NCBI GenBank assembly: GCA_029239455.1
Contig: JAQZAX010000001.1
Coordinates: 3,539-67,538 of the forward strand
Length of the DNA stretch: 64,000 bases
Direction: 5' to 3'
From: Anaerocolumna sp.
Lineage (GTDB): Bacteria > Bacillota > Clostridia > Lachnospirales > Lachnospiraceae
Shown here: positions 57,396 to 64,000 of the stretch, piece after piece
Layout of the letters: each line of letters starts with the position of its first letter
Position numbering within the stretch: the first letter of the stretch is position 1
Translations under genes and position numbers: made by a program
Notes under the pieces: generated by a model
The model's input: only the letters and a program-made list of their open reading frames with translations
The model's database searches: none
Told to the model about the DNA's origin: nothing

Positions 57396-58613
57396 TTAAA
57401 CCCTGACTCTAATTTTGCTCACAATATGATCTATTTTGGAAGAATTTTTTGCAAAAGTATCTTCATCTATGGGCTGGGTAATAAATGCGTATTCATTTTC
57501 TACACCCTCCGCTACTACTTCTTCAACATCTCCAAATATTTCTTTTACCTTATCTTTCACCTTGGCATCACTGTCAGCAATTCTTACGAAGAATTTATGT
57601 TTTGCATGAGTAATACTGGAAAGTTCAAGTTTCTTACTGCTCCATATCGTCATGATGTTTGTACCAAGATGTTTTGCAGCATCTACAACATCGGCAACAA
57701 CTGCACTTGCAGTAGGTAGTTTCCCTGCTCCGCTACCATAAAACATAACATCTCCAATTACATTACCTCGTACAAAGATTCCATTAAATACATCATTCAC
57801 ACTATATAATGGATGGTTTTGAAAAATCATCATAGGCGTTACCATCGCATACACATGGTTACCCTCCCTTTTACTTGTTCCTAGTAACTTTATACGAGCA
57901 CCCATTGCCTTTGCATATTTAATATCAGTCTGGGTTATTTTCGAAATACCTTCTGTATAGATATCTTCAAAGTCTACCTGCATACCAAAGGCAAGGGAGG
58001 ATAGAATAGCTATTTTTCTGCACGCATCATAACCTTCAACATCCGCTTCCGGATGACGTTCGGCATAGCCTTTTGCCTGCGCTTCTTTTAGGGTAGCATC
58101 AAAATCTGCACCTTCGTCCGTCATTTTTGAAAGTATATAGTTTGTTGTACCATTTAAGATACCTGTAATCTCTTCAATTTCATCTGCAGTTAATGACTGA
58201 TTTAACGGACGGATGATTGGTATACCGCCGCCAACGCTTGCTTCAAACAGGAAGTTAACTTTTTGTTCTTTGGATAGCGCCAATAGCTCAGCTCCGTGTT
58301 TTGCTACCAGTTCTTTATTGGAAGTACATACGCTCTTCCCTCTTAATATCGCTTCTTTTACAAAACTATACGCTGGTTCTACTCCACCCATAACTTCTAC
58401 AACTATCTTAATCTCTGGATCATTGGCAATAACATTAAAGTCATGAACGATTTTATTCTCAATGGGTGTTCCCGGAAAGTCTTTTAAGTCTAAGATATAC
58501 TTAATGTTTATCTCATGTCCACACTTTTTGCTTATGCTGTCTCCGTTAAGTCCAAGTACCTCAACAACACCCGATCCGATGGTGCCATATCCTAAAATTG
58601 CTATATTAATCAT
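57396..58613 (-). CDS. hom: Homoserine dehydrogenase
   Basis: G.GTIGSG, EASVGGGIP, GILNGTTNYIL, GAGKLPTASAV. Confidence 0.95.
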   Translation of the reverse strand: MINIAILGYGTIGSGVVEVLGLNGDSISKKCGHEINIKYILDLKDFPGTPIENKIVHDFNVIANDPEIKIVVEVMGGVEPAYSFVKEAILRGKSVCTSNKELVAKHGAELLALSKEQKVNFLFEASVGGGIPIIRPLNQSLTADEIEEITGILNGTTNYILSKMTDEGADFDATLKEAQAKGYAERHPEADVEGYDACRKIAILSSLAFGMQVDFEDIYTEGISKITQTDIKYAKAMGARIKLLGTSKREGNHVYAMVTPMMIFQNHPLYSVNDVFNGIFVRGNVIGDVMFYGSGAGKLPTASAVVADVVDAAKHLGTNIMTIWSSKKLELSSITHAKHKFFVRIADSDAKVKDKVKEIFGDVEEVVAEGVENEYAFITQPIDEDTFAKNSSKIDHIVSKIRVRV

Positions 58614-58689
58614 GTAAAACTCCTTTCAGTACTAGCCAAATCTATTTTTTAAGAGGCCTCCCTAACTAGGAGACCAGTGATCATACCCT

Positions 58690-59130
58690 TTATTCTCTTG
58701 CGAGTATTTTAAGATAATGAATACCGTCAATACTCTCAATATCTTCAAATATACTGGATGCATCCACTGTCTGTGGAGATATTTCTATGCTAAGTGTTAA
58801 GGAAGCAATTCCGTTCACCGGAATACTCTGATGTATCGTTAATATATTTGCATTATGCATGGCTACACGATTTAATACCGTGGATAATAATCCTGGTTTA
58901 TCATCGACTTGAAGCATAAATGTAATTGTTTTACCTCTCGCATTTTCATGAAACGGAAAAATATCATCCTTATACTTATAGAAAGAGCTTCTGCTGATTC
59001 CAACCATATCAGATGCTTCCTGAACAGTTAAAACCTTTTCAGAATCCAGTAAATGCTTTGCTTCTACTACTTTTAATAAAACTTCAGGCACAGCTTTTTT
59101 CTTAACAATATAATACTTACCTTCATCCAT
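58690..59130 (-). CDS. ACT-domain regulator (ThrR/PheB family)
   Basis: KVVEAK.LL...GISRSSFYKYKD HTH plus ACT domain ANILTIHQSIP. Confidence 0.85.
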   Translation of the reverse strand: MDEGKYYIVKKKAVPEVLLKVVEAKHLLDSEKVLTVQEASDMVGISRSSFYKYKDDIFPFHENARGKTITFMLQVDDKPGLLSTVLNRVAMHNANILTIHQSIPVNGIASLTLSIEISPQTVDASSIFEDIESIDGIHYLKILARE

Positions 59131-59160
59131 TCTTTCATCCCCCAGAAACAGCTTATATTA

Positions 59161-59228
59161 TGTTTTTGCCTCGAAAACACATGTCTTTCACAGGAAGATA
59201 TCTTAACATACTTTAGCCTTTTATGCAA
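59161..59228 (-). promoter_or_regulatory. Promoter and tandem inverted-repeat operator candidates for the ACT-hom operon
   Basis: TTGCAT-17-TAAGAT (59228..59200); TGTTTT-N7-AAAACA (59161) and TGTCTT-N7-AAGATA (59182). Confidence 0.55.
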
Positions 59229-59354
59229 CTGTTTTTTAATATTTATTCGAAATTTCTGCAGATTTTTTCATTTTCAGAAATGATTTATTCTAATTGGAAA
59301 TGTGGCTGTTCTTGCAATGAGATTTAACCTTTTAGTAAAATTGCAATGAAATCG

Positions 59355-59387
59355 AAAAGGACTGCCTCAATAAATAGAAGCAATCCC
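59355..59387 (-). terminator. cheW terminator
   Basis: GGATTGCTTC...GAGGCAGTCC then TTTT. Confidence 0.65.
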
Positions 59388-59410
59388 CTAATTTTATGCA
59401 TTAATATTTA

Positions 59411-59887
59411 CTAATCTGTAAGAATACTTTCAATTTTTTCCAACTCTTTTTCAGAAACAATTCCATCATGGTCTAATAAAATTATCATTCTTCCATTCAG
59501 ACTGGCAACATTTTTCATATAAGTTGTTGCAGTACTCTTAACTATAACCGGCGTGTCACTAATATTAGCCGCTGGAATTTCCATAATACCCTTTACTTCA
59601 TCAACTTCATACGCCATTTTCATGTTATTTGTTCTTGCTACGATTAGCTTAGAATTTTCATCTACTGCCTTTTCTGCAAAGCCAAACTTCTTACGTAAAT
59701 TATAAACCGGAATTACTTCACCGCGAAGGTTAATGATTCCATGGATATAGGATGGTGCATTTGGTATACGGACAATGTCTGTATACTTTTCAATCGCATT
59801 GACAACCATAATATCTAATCCATATTCCTCTTCACCTAAGGCAAAAATAACTTGCTTGGTTTCATTTGTAAGCACTTTTTCCGCCAT
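59411..59887 (-). CDS. cheW: Chemotaxis coupling protein CheW
   Basis: F.LG.EEYG, IPNAP.YI.GIINLRGEVIPV..LRK.FG, VDEV. Confidence 0.92.
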   Translation of the reverse strand: MAEKVLTNETKQVIFALGEEEYGLDIMVVNAIEKYTDIVRIPNAPSYIHGIINLRGEVIPVYNLRKKFGFAEKAVDENSKLIVARTNNMKMAYEVDEVKGIMEIPAANISDTPVIVKSTATTYMKNVASLNGRMIILLDHDGIVSEKELEKIESILTD

Positions 59888-59934
59888 TTGCTGTCCTCCT
59901 TTGTCATTTGTATCATCTTTTCATTATTATTAAT

Positions 59935-61072
59935 TTAAATATTTTCGTTTTGTACCGCGTTGGTATTGTTGATACTATTCCATGACAGATATGCATTGAT
60001 AAACGGGTCAATATTGCCATCCAATACACTGCCGGTATTTCCAATTTCCGTATTTGTTCTATGGTCTTTTACCATGGTATATGGCTGCATAACATAGGAA
60101 CGAATCTGATTTCCCCATCCGATTTCTTTTATCTCACCTCGTATACCCGATTCCTTTTCCTTATTTTCCTGCTGCTTTAACAGATAAAGTTTAGCTTTTA
60201 ACATCTGCATCGCTTTATCTTTATTCTGAAACTGGGAACGTTCATTTTGGCACTGTACAACAATTCCGGTTGGTATATGAGTAATTCGAATGGCGGACGA
60301 TGTTTTATTAACGTGCTGTCCACCTGCTCCACTGGAACGATAGGTATCGATTCTTAATTCTGTTTCATCTATTTCAATTCCCGTATCTTCTTCAATATCC
60401 GGCATAACATCACAGGATACAAAAGACGTCTGCCTTTTTCCTGCTGCATTAAATGGCGAAATGCGCACCAGACGGTGTACACCACGTTCGGATTTTAGAT
60501 GCCCGTATGCATTTAGGCCACTAATTTCTATGGTAATGGATTTCAGCCCAGCCTCTTCACCATCCAAGAAGTCCAAAATCTCAACACCATAACCTTTCTT
60601 ATCCGCCCATTTTTGATACATCCTGCTTAACATACTTGCCCAGTCACAGCTTTCCGTACCACCTGCTCCTGCATGCAATGTGAGTATGGCATTATACTTA
60701 TCATATTCATCCGATAATAATGTACTCAAACGAAGCTCGTCAAAATCACTCACAAATGTTTTTAATGTTTCCTCTATTTCGGAAACAAGGGAACCATCAT
60801 TTTCCTCATAAGCCATTTCAATTAAAGTCTCGATATCTTCGTAATTTCTTTTTAACGAATTATACTCATCTATAATATCTTTAAGATTTTTTAACTCCTT
60901 TACATAGCTTTGCGCCTTATCTGCATTATCCCAAAAATTTGGTTCCTCCATAATGCGCTCAAGCATAGTAACCCTTTCCTGTTTATTAAGCAGGTCAAAG
61001 TGAATCCCTCACTTCCAGCAATGGTTTTTCATAGCCATTTAGGGTATATTTAAACTGATCTAATTCAACCAA
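59935..61072 (-). CDS. prfB: Peptide chain release factor 2 with programmed +1 frameshift
   Basis: TTG start at 61072, 25 codons to AGGGAT-TCA-CTT-TGA-C slip site (61000..60994), then in frame with ORF carrying SPF and GGQ motifs. Confidence 0.96.
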
Positions 61073-61187
61073 TTACTTCACCTCTTTCCTATATTATAAA
61101 TTGGGCTGTTACATATTAACTTTGTAATTGTGTTATTTATACTAGTAGTTTCTTTTATTAACTGTAACAGTATACTCGTTGAAATCC

Positions 61188-63767
61188 TTATGAATTCTTG
61201 CCATGGCAATGTTTATATTTCTTTCCGCTTCCACATGGACATGGATCATTTGGTTGAATCTTCTTACCCACTCTTTTTACAGGTCCCTGGGCCACGGAAT
61301 CATCTTTATTCGTACCTGTTACTTTGGCAACCTGTTCACGCTCAACCTTTTGCTCAATTCTCACATGCATCAGCGCTTTAATCGTATCTTCATTAATTGA
61401 CTCTATCATTTCATCAAACATTTCAAATCCCATAAATTTATATTCCACTAATGGGTTCTTCTGTCCGTATGCCTGAAGTCCGATACCTTGACGCAGCTGG
61501 TCCATATCATCAATATGGTCCATCCATTTTCTATCAATAACTTTTAATAAAATTACTCTCTCTAATTCTCTTAACTGCTCTTTCTCCGGGAATTCTGCCT
61601 CTTTTTCTTCATAGAGCTTAACAGCATCCTCTTTTAATTGTTGAATCAGCGTATTCTTCTTAAGACTCTTTGTTTGAGCCTCCGTAAGTACTATTGGCTC
61701 AAGTGGGATAATAGGTAACAATAAGTTGTTTAATTCGTTGATATCCCATTCTGCAGGAGATTGGTCCTCACTTATGCATGTGTTAACGGCCTTTTCAACT
61801 ATATCCGTAATCATCTTATAAATTACATCTCTCATGCTTTCGCCGTCAAGAACTCTTCTTCTCTCAGCATAGATGATTTCACGCTGATCATTATTCACCT
61901 GATCATATTCTAAGAGGTTTTTACGAATTCCAAAGTTATTACTTTCAATACGCATCTGAGCTTTCTCAATTGCATTGCTAAGCATCTTATGTTCAATCTG
62001 CTCACCGTCTGGTAATCCCAGGGAATTAAACATACCCATAAGTCTTTCGGAACCGAATAAGCGCATTAAATCGTCTTCCAGGGAAATGAAGAAACGGGAT
62101 TCACCAGGATCACCCTGACGTCCGGCACGTCCTCTTAACTGGTTGTCAATACGTCTGGATTCATGACGTTCTGTACCAATTATCTTTAAACCACCATTTT
62201 CTTTTACTCCTTCACCAAGTTTAATATCGGTACCACGTCCGGCCATATTGGTTGCAATGGTTACAACTCCTGGTTGACCTGCATCTGCAATTATCTCAGC
62301 TTCTAATTCATGGAACTTTGCATTCAGCACCTTATGAGGAATACCTTTTTTCTTAAGATGTTCACTAATCTCTTCGGAAGATTCAATTGTAATAGTACCT
62401 ACCAGTACCGGCTGACCCTTCTGGTGAGACTCAATAATCTCATTGATAACTGCATTCAGTTTCTCTCTTTTCGTTTTATAAACAGCGTCCTGTCTGTCAT
62501 TACGTGCAATCGGCAAATTGGTAGGAACCTCCAAAACATCCATGCCGTAGATATCTCTAAATTCCTTTTCTTCTGTTAATGCAGTACCTGTCATTCCGCA
62601 CTTTTTATCATACTTGTTAAAGAAGTTCTGGAATGTAATAGTGGCAAGAGTTTTACTTTCTCTCTTAACTTTAACTTTTTCCTTTGCTTCAATTGCCTGG
62701 TGTAATCCGTCAGAATAACGTCTGCCCGGCATAATACGTCCGGTAAATTCATCTACGATTAATACTTCATCATCTTTTACTACATAGTCTTTATCACGGA
62801 ACATTAAGTTATGTGCACGTAGTGCCAGAATAATATTATGCTGGATTTCAAGGTTTTCAGGATCTGCAAGATTCTCTAAGTTAAAGAAGTGTTCCACCTT
62901 CTTAACGCCTTGTTCTGTTAAGTTAACATTCTTATCTTTTTCATTAACAATAAAGTCACCGGTTTCTTCGATTTCTTCTTTCATTAAAGCAGCCATCTTA
63001 GTTAATTCAGCGCTTTCTTTACCACGAACTAATTGTTCCGCAAGAATATCGCAGGCTTCATATAGCTTCGTAGATTTACCGCTCTGACCCGATATAATAA
63101 GCGGAGTTCTAGCTTCATCAATTAAAACAGAGTCAACCTCATCGATAACAGCAAAATGTAGTCCTCTTTGAACCAGCTGCTCTTTGTAAATAACCATGTT
63201 GTCTCTTAGGTAGTCAAATCCTAATTCGTTATTGGTAGCGTAAGTAATATCACAATTATATGCTTCTCTTCTCTCGTCGTTATTCATACTGTTTAGAATA
63301 ACGCCAACCTTTAATCCCAGGAATTCATGTATCTGTCCCATCCACTCAGCATCACGTTTTGCCAGGTAATCATTAACAGTTACTATATGAACACCGTTGC
63401 CGGTTAATGCGTTTAGGTATGCAGGAAGAGTAGAAACCAGGGTTTTACCTTCACCGGTACGCATTTCAGTTATTCTTCCCTGATGCAAAATAATACCGCC
63501 AATGAGCTGTACGCGGAAATGTCTCATGCCCAAAACTCTTTTGGATGCTTCTCTTACTACCGCATATGCTTCAACCACAATATCATCAAGTGTCTCACCA
63601 TTTTTAAGTCTATTTTTAAACTCAACTGTTTTATTCTTTAGTTCATCATCTGACAATTTCTCCATAGTAGGTTCTAGTGCTTCAATCTTATCTACAATAG
63701 GAATTATCCTTTTCAATTCTCTTTCACTATGTGTCCCAAATATTTTTTTTACAAAACTCATTGTCAT
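61188..63767 (-). CDS. secA: Preprotein translocase ATPase SecA
   Basis: [26 protein letters not shown]-terminal [13 protein letters not shown]; start refined to 63767. Confidence 0.97.
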   Translation of the reverse strand: MTMSFVKKIFGTHSERELKRIIPIVDKIEALEPTMEKLSDDELKNKTVEFKNRLKNGETLDDIVVEAYAVVREASKRVLGMRHFRVQLIGGIILHQGRITEMRTGEGKTLVSTLPAYLNALTGNGVHIVTVNDYLAKRDAEWMGQIHEFLGLKVGVILNSMNNDERREAYNCDITYATNNELGFDYLRDNMVIYKEQLVQRGLHFAVIDEVDSVLIDEARTPLIISGQSGKSTKLYEACDILAEQLVRGKESAELTKMAALMKEEIEETGDFIVNEKDKNVNLTEQGVKKVEHFFNLENLADPENLEIQHNIILALRAHNLMFRDKDYVVKDDEVLIVDEFTGRIMPGRRYSDGLHQAIEAKEKVKVKRESKTLATITFQNFFNKYDKKCGMTGTALTEEKEFRDIYGMDVLEVPTNLPIARNDRQDAVYKTKREKLNAVINEIIESHQKGQPVLVGTITIESSEEISEHLKKKGIPHKVLNAKFHELEAEIIADAGQPGVVTIATNMAGRGTDIKLGEGVKENGGLKIIGTERHESRRIDNQLRGRAGRQGDPGESRFFISLEDDLMRLFGSERLMGMFNSLGLPDGEQIEHKMLSNAIEKAQMRIESNNFGIRKNLLEYDQVNNDQREIIYAERRRVLDGESMRDVIYKMITDIVEKAVNTCISEDQSPAEWDINELNNLLLPIIPLEPIVLTEAQTKSLKKNTLIQQLKEDAVKLYEEKEAEFPEKEQLRELERVILLKVIDRKWMDHIDDMDQLRQGIGLQAYGQKNPLVEYKFMGFEMFDEMIESINEDTIKALMHVRIEQKVEREQVAKVTGTNKDDSVAQGPVKRVGKKIQPNDPCPCGSGKKYKHCHGKNS

Positions 63768-63837
63768 TTCACTCCTACTAGTTAGTTTCTTATTAATCTC
63801 TACCCTCATTTATACAGTACTTAACAGTTCAACCTAT

Positions 63838-63866
63838 ATTGTATCATTTACATAGATACTATTCAA
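63838..63866 (-). promoter_or_regulatory. Candidate sigma-A promoter for secA
   Basis: TTGAAT-17 nt-TACAAT with extended TG. Confidence 0.55.
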
Positions 63867-63905
63867 CACTTTTTCTGCGTTATAGCGTACAATTTGCTAT
63901 AAACA

Positions 63906-64000
63906 AAGAAAGAGTCAGGCCCTCCAGACTCTAGCGCTGACGCGCTGTCACATCTGTGACAAATTTCCTTAGGCCGTCATGCGCATCCTGCCTGGAGGGC
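63906..64000. repeat. ~80-95-bp GC-rich structured repeat, copy 2 (reaches window end)
   Basis: Near-identical to 42962..43056; terminal inverted repeat GCCCTCCAG...CTGGAGGGC. Confidence 0.92.

Noticed and set aside
59935-61072. prfB as truncated gene or pseudogene
   Set aside because: Canonical CTT-TGA-C programmed frameshift with upstream SD-like sequence
2569-63855. Numerous 60-145-aa ORFs antisense to or nested in long genes
   Set aside because: Shadow frames of well-supported CDSs, lacking SD or family motifs

Overview
AT-rich Clostridia chromosome segment; gene order and protein style suggest Lachnospiraceae (inference). Left end: rnz, rimI-tsaB-tsaE, an OsmC-family gene and an FMN-riboswitch-controlled ribU. 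The centre (4.7-42.8 kb, all minus strand) is a ~38 kb exo/capsular polysaccharide locus with two Wzx/Wzy sets, one priming transferase, two TupA-like ATP-grasp enzymes, an internal LoaP/NusG-like antiterminator, three Wzz-Wzc fusions and two PHP phosphatases. Embedded in it is a RiPP-like cassette (ABC exporter, stand-alone PqqD/RRE, radical SAM/SPASM, a 102-aa YxxP-leader precursor ending in Ser, HPr-kinase-like protein, S24/S26 peptidase, nucleotidyltransferase) with no lasso cyclase; this is the best candidate for an undescribed system. To the right are tex, an lsr (AI-2 uptake/catabolism) cluster that has a cupin but no lsrG and is bracketed exactly by two identical 74-bp perfect palindromes, an ACT-hom-apgM-like-aspartokinase operon, cheW, frameshifted prfB and secA. 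Two further families of structured intergenic repeats each occur twice. No CRISPR array, rRNA, tRNA or transposase was seen. All product calls come from motif recognition by eye, not database searches.
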